A DNA stretch of 64,000 nucleotides from Adineta vaga (taxonomy: Eukaryota; Animalia; Rotifera): contig CP075496.1 of NCBI GenBank assembly GCA_021613535.1, positions 2,170,001-2,234,000 of the forward strand. The letters are read 5' to 3'. Every line of letters begins with the position of its first letter. Position 1 is the first letter of the stretch. Of this stretch, positions 39,985 to 51,953 are shown one piece after another. The notes beneath the pieces are model-generated. The model did not search any database. It was not told the DNA's origin and worked only from the letters and a program-made list of their open reading frames with translations. Made by a program: the position numbers and the translations under genes.

Positions 39985-40407
39985 GATGATTGAAGGAGAA
40001 GAAAAACAGGAAACGAAATTTCTTATCTGAAATATCAAATATGAGAAATGAGTAAGTGGAAATGAGTTGATATATATATATATATATTTCTCTTTCGAAA
40101 GAAAAATAAACAAAAAAAAATTTTCTTCATTCTAACTATACTTCTCTTTATATATATCTCTTTCGATAGTTTAACCCCCTGTTTCTCTTCTAATTATCAG
40201 TCTGTTTGTGTGTCTGTCTGTCTGTCCAGATATTAGCAGAGACATGCGAAAATACAGCTCCCCTGCTAATCATCACAACAGACAGTCTGATTGACTTAAA
40301 GAATACAAGCAGGACGATTGAGATATGTGATCATTGGACACCAGTACTGTTCGAAAGAGTAGAATGACACAATGAAATTATATCATTCGTTCAATCACTA
40401 GTTTCCT

Positions 40408-40431
40408 TCTCTCTCTCTCTCTCTCTCTCTC
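40408..40431. repeat. (CT)n microsatellite
   Basis: ~12 dinucleotide units. Confidence 0.8.
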
Positions 40432-43400
40432 AAGAGACAGCAGAATTTCGTTGTCTTTTTTTGATTAAAACTACCTCATCTGAAAGCATATGTTCAAATG
40501 AACATACGATGTTTGCTTTTTTCTTCAGTGATCACGCGAAATTCTTTTTAACTGATGAACTTCTTGATGAACATTCTATGATAAGATGCACACATTGATT
40601 TTGAACTCAATTTTGGACGCATGCCATCGATCTATCATCGCGTGTATATGCAAGTATTTGACAATGAGATGTCATTTCGAATTTTTGGACACTTTTTTTC
40701 TCAATAGATAAACAAAAAGGAAAAATGTTCACACATAAAAGTTTCGTTTTGATTATCAAATATCTGAAAAATCATCTCTTAGTGATTTTTATTTTGCACC
40801 TGCTATGTAACTTGTCCTACACTATGTTTATGATAGACTGCGAGAACGAAAAAGCTAATATTTCATTGAATGAAATGAAAGGTATATCTATTTACACTAA
40901 TCCCTATAGATCGGTGATACTTGATTTCAAATGATATACTTAGTGTAATCTAGTCTAATGAGATTTTCTGACGGAAATTTATTCGAAAAATACGATGAGA
41001 ATATTGATACCTATAGAAAAAAAAACTAACTCGTCTATGTCAGAATCGGTTCGGATTATATATATATACCTTAATGACATAATTATTATAAGTGTTCTCG
41101 ATTATCCGTTTGATGGTCAGTTCAATCGTATACTTACTTGAATTGGAAGCAAGTGAATCGTTGTATCGTTTTGTTTTGTGTGTCTGTGTATCATTCTAAC
41201 GATTTCTCGTTATGGGTCATTATTTAAAAAAGGAAATGACAAATCTCCGGAACAGAAATCAAACGATTTTAGCTTAGTCACCTGCCGTTCATCGACATGA
41301 TGATAATGTCATATCTATTTGTATATAAAATGTTCATCAATGATCCCGAACATGAAAAAGAAGGAAACCATCATCATCATCAGTGCGCGCGTTTTCTCTT
41401 TTACGGTAGTATGTAAACAAGTCATGAATGAGTAAATATAAAAACGATCCAATTTCGAAGAGTGTGAAAAAAAAATGAAATTCTCTTACCACGTTTGAAC
41501 GTTGTTAAAACTAATTTTGTTATGATAAGCTGTTTGACTCTTTCTAACAGTAACGATGAAGAAGAAGAAGAAGAAAAAAACGAATAACAAGATTATCTTA
41601 ACCAGATTGAACAATCGAATTTTCTTCTCATGCTCTTTTCGCTTTTGTCGTTAAAGGTGCGAATTTAATTGTCATTCAAACAAGCCGCCTTCGACATCAT
41701 TTTCGAAGGTCATGATAGACAAAATGAGCATGAAGAAAAATCATCCGTTATAGACAACGGCACGTGAAAGAAGATGAATATTTGACATGGCAAAATTTGA
41801 TTAAAATATCGAGTCGGTTAGATTATGAACAATGTGCCGACACGAAAAACAACAGAAGACAAGTTCACAGACATTCATTTATTCATTCATTGAATTCGAA
41901 AAACATGAGATATAGAAAGAGAAAGAATAGCGAGAACAAACGACTACATTTCATGCTTGCTCAGTTAACAAGTTAATGTTAATTTTAATTGATAGAAAAA
42001 ACAAAAACAAGGATTGTTCAAGTGAAACTTCAAGGAAAAAAAACGAAAGAGAAAACGTTTCACTATGTGCGCAAATGACAGGTGAATATTCCCAGGAAAT
42101 GAAAACGAGAAAACGTTCATGTAATCATCATCATCAGTCAAAATGTCCTTTTTCATTTATTTGATGTTCATGTAATCATATTTAATGGTTACTGCTGTGT
42201 TTAGCCGCTATTTACAGAACATATCAAACAAAAGAAGAAATTAATGTTGATAGATATTTTCAAGAAGAAGAAAAAATCATTACATAATGAGAAATTCCTA
42301 TTCGAATACTATACACACATACCTTTCCGTTCGTAGTCGAAAAACGGATATTTTGTTTTCTCTATTTCAATACAATAGAAAAGAAAAATAAGAGATATAT
42401 CATAAGTGTGTGTGTATATGCTGGTGGATATGGAAAAACATCTACTTGAGATTGAGTATTAACAAGCAAATATTGCTACAATACGCCGGAAAAATAACAC
42501 ATCCGTGTTAAAAAAAAAATATGTTCGTAACAGAAGTCGCTTGCTTTTCTTTTTTCGCTGAAAAATATTTTCGAGAGAAATTAAAGTCTATTCGAACTTG
42601 TTAGGGATCAGAATAAAAAGCAAATCAAGGCGTTGTCCTTCGTTTACATTTTACACTGGATGAAAGGACTTAATCCAAATAAGATATAGGACATAAATAT
42701 CAACACTAAGAACAAAGTCCATCTTACAACATCAAATAATATTTCAACTTACCGTTTTAGTTGTTTCACACTTTTAAATATTAATGGAAGGTGTAGAAAG
42801 AAAATCGACTCAAATCTAATGAAAGTAAATTATAATCTTTTTCTTTTTCATCGAAAAAAGGATCGTCCATTTTTCACACTTTAACTCAGCTTAATGCCAT
42901 CAACTAGCACGCACTCGTTGTCTCTGATGTTATTCAATTGAAGAAGCTATCTCTACCTTTCAATTATGTACTCATTTATAAAGCGGGATAAAAAAAATAA
43001 TCTAATGGTCAAGACAACAATCATCGATGATGTAACCACCTGTCGAGTGAATTGGTATTTCATTTGAAGTTTTTCCTACCTAACCTCTTGTCAACGTAAC
43101 GAGTAGGCGTATGGTTAGTTGAATAATCAAAACGCGTGTTTATGAATAGAAAAAAAAGAAGAGAAGAAAACGGTTAGAACCATTACGACATGATCAGAAA
43201 GATTGATAAGAAATTTAAATGTTTATTACAAATGAATTTTTTTCTAAAATTGCGATCATTCATTAAAACGATCATCTCCTCGCTCTCTCTCTCTCTCTGT
43301 TGGCGTCTAATTTTTTACTGCCCAACGGCTGTTCATTTAGTTCGATGAAATCTGCACCTCATCAGGCGTCGCACGTATCCGACACCTGATCACCTCGATA

Positions 43401-46212
43401 TCCACACACACACAAACACACATACATACACTCAAGAGAGAAAGAAAGGGTGGAGAAGCTTTATCATACACACTTATTGTTTTTTCTACAACTGCTCCTT
43501 CATTCATTTATTCTTAATGAGTGCGCACACGTGTATTCTGAAGAGGGAGAAAAGGATGCCCTACGGATGATCAAGCATACAATGTTCACCTACTGTGCTG
43601 TTTACGTCATTGATACAGGTATAACAATTGAGCAATCGTTAGAAAAGAAAGAAGCATGAAGACCAAACTTAAAGAATAAGAATTTATGCAAGAAAAAGCG
43701 AGTCAAGTGTTTAGCATAAATCTATTTCTCTACTTGTTATTCATTGATACTTGAAATAAAAACAAAAACAAGAAAGAATAACAACACTCAACCATATAAT
43801 GAGCATCGAAACGAATATAATTGAACAACATTCTATACCTCTATCTTCGTCTATTTAGACAGATGTTTTCTTTTTAAACCTTGAGAAACTTTACGATCGT
43901 CTTTGTTTTTTTTCTCTGTTCCATTAACTGCATAGAAATCTATATCGATTGACATCTCAATTGTTTCCTTTATTTTGTCATGCTTATCTATTTCTATATT
44001 GACACCTTGAATTTCTATAGAAGTGATAATGGTTCATCTCGAATATTGTTGTCAATCGATATGATAAAAAAACGTTTATTATGAGACACGTATATTTAAC
44101 TTTTACAAAACAGATGCTACTATATTCTATGGAGAGAAAAACGGAATTTCTTATCTTACAAACTTTCTAATATATCAAGTATGAATCGAAATATTTCAAA
44201 AATAAATATCAATTAAAAATGAATTTATTTCAAAACTTACTTGTTTATATATAATTTTCAGTTATTATTCTAATCGTACAATGAATATATAGACACTTGA
44301 AACTTATACACACCACCACCACCACCACCACTTCATACATTCAATGTTTCAACTATATTAAATATAGTTATTCTTTTCGCGTTCAGCTTCTTTTTCTTCG
44401 CTCGTGTTGTTCCTAAAACAAACACTCGCCTCTCACACATTTTTCTTTTTCGCCCTGATTCTCGTCCGTCATGTTGCCTGCTGTATGATCAAACAGACGT
44501 TGTTGAGAAAGGAGCAAAAAGCGTGAAATGTTTCATTTGAAGATCTTCGAACTGATTAACTGAGTGCCGGCATAGAAAAAGATATATCTAGAAATAAACT
44601 ATGTAATTGATACCATCTGTTCGTATCTTCTTCTTCTTCTATACAATGTGATTGTCTTGAATTCAAAATTATTCTCTTTCGATGCAATTGATTTCGATCG
44701 GAAGAATAAAAGAAACGAATATATGTCAAGGAGTATACAAACATTTTAACGCTCTCACCCATCATATTACATGATGACCGGTGAGCATCAAAGTTAAAGC
44801 GGTATGTACGATAAACGGTGTATGTCCTGAAATAACTAACAGAAGTATTATCACACCCTACTATTTGCTGATTGATTTTCTAACTGAACTAAAATTATAT
44901 AAGATAGATAAAATTACCTTAGAGAGAGAGAAACATTCTGAGATAGTATGGTGTTAAAAAAGTCAGTGTGATGATTTGCGTGTTGTTGAATCATTATGTA
45001 TTCATTGTCAATCAAATTCAGTGACGTATGAGAGAGATAGTAAAGTGACAAGTTCCACATAATGATTTCTTGTCATTCTCTATGGAGAAAAAAAAGCAAA
45101 TGTGTAAAATGTTTACATTGACGCATTTAGAAATTAACTAATCAATTGGAAAAGTTTCTCAACACGAAATACAATTAAATAATTAATTTGCTTTTAGAAT
45201 GTGAAAAAATAACAATATTGTTTGATTCTCAGAAAAGAATTCTTGATTAATTATATAATGACATAAATTGTTATTGATCAGATAATAATTTCAATCATAT
45301 TACCGAAAACAAAAGTGTTGACGATTTTCTTTCATGTTTTCTTATAAAAATCTTTTTATCAATCCAACATCTGTCTTAGATTTGTCCTTAAAAAAAGCTG
45401 ATTAATACTGATTGTTATGATAAAAATGAAAATTATCTTGCACTAATCAACTAGATATCTACATGTACTTCTGGTTTTTTAATTGGACGGAGAGAGAGAA
45501 GGAAAAACAGTGTCTATCTATCTATCTATCTACAACATCTAATGAGATACAGTTTTGTCTTAAATCTTTTACAACTGTTGAATTGACTGACGCTTTTCTG
45601 AAAGAATTTTATTTTAAAAAAAAGTGAGTGCTTTATCATGATTCTCCTTGCATTATTATATTGATTAGCTGGAAGAATTTCTTTATTTTGAGCAATACTA
45701 TCAAAACGATAAAATCCAAATGAATTTAAATTATCTTTTGTTAAATTTAATAATAGATCAATTTCTTTAATAATATAAGAAATTTCATTCTGAATTTTAT
45801 CTTACATTGTATCTCATCATTAGTTTAAAAGAAAAGATACTTTTAATATCTCTTCTTTTAGAAAACGAAAAAAAATATCATCCAATATATTGGGGCTAGT
45901 GTGAAGAAACTATACAGTACAATTTTCAGGTCGATACCTTGAGATTTGACGGTGGTATAAACTTAGTAAAGATTACAAAAATAGCTCTGATATGAGATGT
46001 AATGGTAGTGGAGATACGTGACTGAATTCACATGTTCAAGAGAATGGTACATTACAATATTTTTTATCATTGTTAATCGGAAACGAAAGTCATGTATTTT
46101 GATTCAGTAAGATTTTCTAATCAAATTTCTTTCTAAAAACTGATCTATGGCAGAGATTCGAGTAAACTCAATTCAGTCTCACAAATCTTTCCATTTTCTT
46201 TTCATTAAAAGA

Positions 46213-46558
46213 AAAGTGTCGCTCTGGCAGATCAGTGTTGCCACCGATCCACATGATTTCGTCATCGCAACATGTATTTAATCCGCAGGGATTTTTACCT
46301 CTTGGTAAGTTGTAATAAGCAACTTGTCTAGATGAGATATGGAGCAAGACGTTTTTGTTGTCCCTACATCAATTATTTTGGAAGAAGCAAACGAAAAGTG
46401 CAAAGTGTAGAGACATAGTAGATGTCGTGCTCCACACGTCGTGAAGACAAATTGCTTATTAAAACTTACCAAGAGGTAAATACCATCAGAAAAATACATG
46501 TTGCGATGACGAAATCATGCGGATCGGTGACAACACTGATCTGCCAGAGCGACACTTT
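46213..46558. mobile_element. 346-bp fold-back element (MITE-like) or hairpin-RNA locus
   Basis: Arms 46213-46368 and 46406-46558 are reverse complements; the outer 67 bp have 2 mismatches and the inner part is more diverged; ~37-nt loop. No clear TSD. Confidence 0.7.
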
Positions 46559-48539
46559 CATCTAAAATTAAATTGACATCTATTCAAGTGGAATCTTGTG
46601 GGTGTGGGAGATTACACACGTTGGTTGCAAGACTCCTCAAGTGAAGTCAGAAACTTCACTATATTCTCTGAAGAAATGGATCAAATATATAATCAATAAT
46701 AAATAACTCTCTTTATATGCAAAAAAAAGACATTAACTGTCTTCGTATTTCACTGCATTGTTTGAAGTTCAGATAGGCAAAATCAAAACTTTCTTTCTAA
46801 GGAATTTTGATCACTCATGTAGAACTTTGAAGTTATTTTTCGTCATATGTCGATAACTTTAGTCAGTTATGTGATATCATTAGAACGTGATTAAACATGT
46901 ATCGTTTCAAAGGTAAGTTGATGCTGAAACATGCTCATTTTTCAGATCATAAAAGATGCGCACAAAAGTTTCACATTTTATCATCTTCATTGATTACGAT
47001 TTAAATAAGAAGTATGAAGCTATCCTTAATTCGTGTAAAACTACTTATCTGATTGATCTGAGTATCTCAAAGAAATTTTCAATGATGATCATTTTTGGAT
47101 AATTTTACTGAATTTGAATTGGTTGAAATAATTACTACAGTATTCAATGAAAATAGAATGGTGAGAAGATCTCGGAAGAAAATCCATGGATATGAAAGTT
47201 TTTTTTAAAGGTGAAAAATGTGGAATGCAGTCAGTCTTATCCGATTTCAATATTCATTGATGACATGAAGGGTGTTGGTATACGTAGAAGTATATTTATT
47301 CTTGGAACATTATCAGAAAGCGACATACTTCTTCGCTAAATCGAGATTTGAACTGCCAAAAAACTTTCTGAAATGGTAAAAGATCCTCGTGAAAATGGAG
47401 AGGAAGAAGTATAAAATCAATTCAATCGTTCCCTTTAGTTCTAAAAGAAATCTTTATATTACTCACTAACTGAAAATAAGATTTTAATGTGTTTCTATAG
47501 GATTTGTATATATTTTTGCTGATTCTGTACCAGTTCTTGATTCATTAAACTGTTCAAATTGATTTTCATTATAGTAATCAATTGAAATTATAGACAGGAC
47601 AAACAAGTACTTTTCTCGAAACTTATTTGAATGCAAAACCTACAGTTTTATATACGTTGAATTATCATTAAGTTACTACTAAATCGATTCATAGTTTCAT
47701 GTAAGTATTAAAACCTACTAATTAATCCGTAGTTGATCAACTGACTCTCGTATTCTGCTTCATAAAAAATCGTTCACAGTGTATTAATTTAAAATCTTTC
47801 AAAATAGAGTTTACTAGAAGGAAAGTAACATTCTATTGTATATACAATTCGTAGAAGCTGAACTATAATCAATATATGATTTTTACAAAAAGAAATCTTC
47901 GATTGTCGTCAGTCTTTTGTTTTCACGACATGAAACATGAGAGAATTAATTTCAATGTTGCAACCCGTATTCACTCTAGACTAAGCTTTAAGATTCTTTA
48001 TATTTATTAATACATTTAAGACAGACTAGATGATCGAAAATTCAAACAACACAGTCGGAGATAATAACAAAGAATACTAAATATAAAAACCTATTGTTTG
48101 TCTCAAAAAATATCTTCGGAGTGAATTCAAAGATTAAAACGTTCTATGGAATTCAGAGCAATTATATATTCAACATATAATGTAAAGAAATGAATAAAAT
48201 ATTATGTTTTGCAATAGATCTACCTAAGTGACAAAATTTTTGATGAAAGAAAAGCTTGTGTATATATTATTGGGGGTCACAGCAGCCTATGTTAGAAAAT
48301 CAGGACATTTGAAACGTATGCTGATGCTTTTGTTCGGTATGAAATTTACATAGAAGTGGGAAAAGTGTAACGATGGACAGTCAATACTACAACATTCATT
48401 GCTTTAATAAAAGTCAAAAATGATCCAGAGAAAAAATACAAAAAAATTGAATCAAATGATGAATCGACGCTAGCGAGACTTCATTTTATACTTTTCTTCT
48501 TTCGAACAAATTTTAAGAGGATTCTTGTCTGATTCCAGC

Positions 48540-49470
48540 AAGAACTAAATGTTGTCATTTGTCAAAGAAGAATCTTTAAAACATTTATCTGTTATTGAGA
48601 AAAACAATTTTTTTCTAGATATTCGTCTAGTATATTGTAATGTAACGGTAAGTAATAATTTTAAACTAACTAGATGGTATGTATTATAATATTTCACACG
48701 GATTTAATTAAATCATTACTATTTAAGAATGATTTTTTACGATATCTCAAACGTCTTCAACCTTTAGTTTGAAAAGAAGAAACTTCCCGAACAAGTAATA
48801 TGTGCCTTGCACCACATGTTCCACATTTATTAACTAATGAAGAGGTGAATTGAGTTGATGCTAAATGGCATGCTTATCAGATAACTGATACATCAGAAGA
48901 ATATTTCAGAAACGTTCGAGTTTTTCCGGACAATTTCATTGAATGTTTATTCATTGATAAATATTTTCTACTACTGCACCACAATATGAAGTATTAACCA
49001 AAATCGTGAAATGCTCATTATCTTTATCTAATGGCAACAGTGATTTCGAAAGAGCGAGATGTCTTCAAAAATCATCATCTTGTATTAGATGAAGTATCTA
49101 TTTATGGTTTAGAAGCTACGAAAGCTGGTGTTAAAATTCATGCAGAGAGCATAGTGTACTGATGTAGTCGAGATGTCGTATTTTTCATATTTTATACGTT
49201 ATACAGAAGACAATGAACAAAAACAGAAATTAATTGAAAATGAGGACTCGATGCTGAACATGAATGATTAGAAGAAAAAGAAACTTAATTGATAAACGAA
49301 TAAAAGAGTTGACAAGAAGAATTGATTAAAGCGACTAAAATGTTGGACGAAGGAACCACAAGACTTGCTGCAACTATGAAGAATAAAAAAGTTTGAGAAT
49401 ATCAGTACACCCGAAGTACTGATGAGAGCTGCTAATGCTAAATTAGCTGATATGAAAACTTGAACCAATA
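48540..49470 (+). mobile_element. Decayed hAT-like transposase remnant
   Basis: 48961-49056 reads IFSTTAPQYEVLTKIVKCSLSLSNGNSDFERA, resembling the hAT C-terminal dimerisation motif (Y..L..L...L.L...NA..ER.FS), followed by LDEVSIYGL..TKAGVK and a K/E-rich tail. Many stops and frameshifts; limits approximate. Confidence 0.5.
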
Positions 49471-50194
49471 TTAAGAGAAAAACAGGAAAAATGAATAATT
49501 CAAATAAATATGTTTTGAACATTATCTTTCATTTCTCTCAAAAATATTATAAACATATTTTTTGTATAAATTTCAAGAATAGAAGGAGTGAAATAATAGA
49601 CAAATTGATACTTATCCAAACTTGCTATGGGAACAGATCGTAAAATATCAGGAAGACAAGCAGGCTGTCAGGCTTGCTAATATTATATATGAAAATAATA
49701 TGAAGATCTCATGAATAACATAATCTTCAATGTGATGTAGAAAATTTACTCTACAATCGGCTCAAAAGTCAAGATAATGTATTCTCTTCTCTATTTGTAC
49801 CGTTCGCTTCGTCTTTTCATACATGAATACAAGATAAAACGATTTTTCTCATACGATATGATTACACTACCATACATAAACAGACTTTCACTTGTCATTC
49901 ACTTAATACTCATCTTAACATAGTGAACTGTTCCACACTATTTTAAGATGATATCTTTTTTCTGAGTTTCTTCGTCTCTGTCCATTTATATGATGAATGA
50001 TTCTTTTGTCGTGACACACATGAATCATTCATCATATATATGTCTAGTACAGACATGTATTGTTTGCATCACTACGGTGGGTGATACTGCCCAGTTAGTG
50101 TTCTTAAAACAGTGAGCAGAGTTTTTCTGCACACACACGATTTATTTATTTCATAGTTCTCTCTTTATTACAGAAAAATAAAATAAAACACGAA

Positions 50195-51953
50195 TTATAG
50201 TTTCTTTTTTACACAATCAAAGTTTCTTTCATACCTTTGAAGATTAGGATGTTCTGAAGACAATGATTGTTGCGCAATTTGTACAGCACGCTCATAAAAT
50301 GAGCAGGCTTTTGCATAGTTCTTCGTGTTTTCATACACCAAACCGATGTTGTTGTAAGATGTAGCCAAATCAGGATGATTTGGAGGAAGTGATTGTTGTC
50401 GAATTGCAAGGGCTTTTTCATGAGATGAAAGTGCTTTTGGATGGTCACCCATGTTGTAATACACATTACCGATGTTGTTGTAAGATGTAGCCCAATCAGA
50501 ATCTTGAGGAGAAAGAGTTTTCTCCTTGATGGCAAGTGATTTTTCATACACTCTGATCGCCTCATCATATTCTCCTCGATTGTATTTGATACAACCTAGT
50601 CTATGATAAATTCGTCCTTTTTCACTCTCCTTGATTGCTTGATCAAGTAGCATTTCATAAATCTCTTCAGCCTTATCATTTTGACCCAATTTGATTAGTA
50701 CTGAACCCAATCTGTACCACCCCTCTTCGTCTGGAAAACTCTTCTCGTATGCGCTCAGTCAGTGCATGTAATTCCTTGTCACTATCACTGGTCAGTGTCA
50801 AACTCACTTCGAAGAGTTTGTTATTTCCACTCATTTGTTTGATATCGTGAATTCGAAACACGCTGTGCATTGAAAACAGCACTTCATCTTCGCCCTCAAT
50901 GGCACTAAGATCACGAATTGATGCAAATGCTGTTGTTGATTGTTTTGGATCAATTGTCATCACAAACAAAATTGCCACCAAATCTGGATTACTAATATTC
51001 TCTTTGGCAAACCAAAGTGAAATATCTTTATTCTTGCTAGTGGATAAGAAGTTGTTAAAGGACATGAGTCCACCTTTTGTCTGCTTGAGTTGTTCGAAAT
51101 CTGCCTTTGATAATCCTTGTCCACGATAAACTGTGAAGATATGATCCATATGTTGTTCTTGATGCACGGATTCGATATGTCGATGTAGATCATTAATAAA
51201 GAAACCCATCCGTGTCATGATGTCACCATCCATCATTCGGATTCCACGATTGAGCATGCGATAAAAGAAACATTCATAAGTATACCACCAGATAGGCTTT
51301 TTCTGATGATACTTGTGTTCCAATCGTTCCACATTCTCTAATTCCCGATCGTTATCGATGAAAAGTTCACGACAGTAGTTGACATAATCTTGAATATGTG
51401 TGTCGTCGAATTTGATGGTCACTAAGATCTTCTTGAGGATCTGAGTGTGCATGAAAGAGGGATCTAGTTGATCCAACTTTTTGCCAGATGTCACGAAACT
51501 CATTGATACAGCATTTTGTTCACATTGTGCTGCTGCTTGTTTGATAGCTTCACAGATAGGTTTGATCTCTGTGAAGACTCCCTTGATCTTTGGCCAATCC
51601 TTTGCCCATCCTTCATGTCGTTGTTTGTTGCCACAAAAGATAAAAATGGAATCCACTTGAGACAGATCATGTACTTGAGGCACAATAAGCTGTCCAAGTG
51701 AACCTGAAATAATCATACATGCCTTACGATCTTTGATTGTTTCAATGAATTGGATGCACTGATCACTATCGATGTAAGTATTTAAATCATTGACACAACG
51801 TCGAAGGTGTGTCATTGTATTTTGACAATCTTCGTTGTTCTTATCGATATTGCCATCCAACCATATAAGAAGAATATTTTGGATCTTCTGAATATCTAGA
51901 CGACGATGTGCACGTGTGTCTTGTGAAATCGAGCTTGATTTGCTACTTGCCAT
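50195..51953 (-). pseudogene. Receiver-like/ART/TPR gene, copy 1 (3 TPR units), 2-bp deletion at the ART-TPR junction
   Basis: Paralog of 55979-58507. GAG GAT AGT in copy 2 corresponds to GAA G-- AGT here (~50740), shifting the frame; stop at 50676. The TPR frame 50195-50740 stays open. Confidence 0.85.

Noticed and set aside
40195-40295. Nested short stems (ATTAGCAG/CTGCTAAT; GTCTGTTTGTG/CACAACAGAC)
   Set aside because: Short, partly microsatellite-derived; no ncRNA boxes recognised.
45930-48500. Coding-like fragments around the fold-back element
   Set aside because: Riddled with stops; I could not assign a family with confidence.
50070-50100. Small hairpin TGGG..CCCA followed by TTAGTG in both ART-TPR 3' flanks, possible Helitron 3' end
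   Set aside because: Weak stem, no CTRR terminus and no matching 5' TC end identified.
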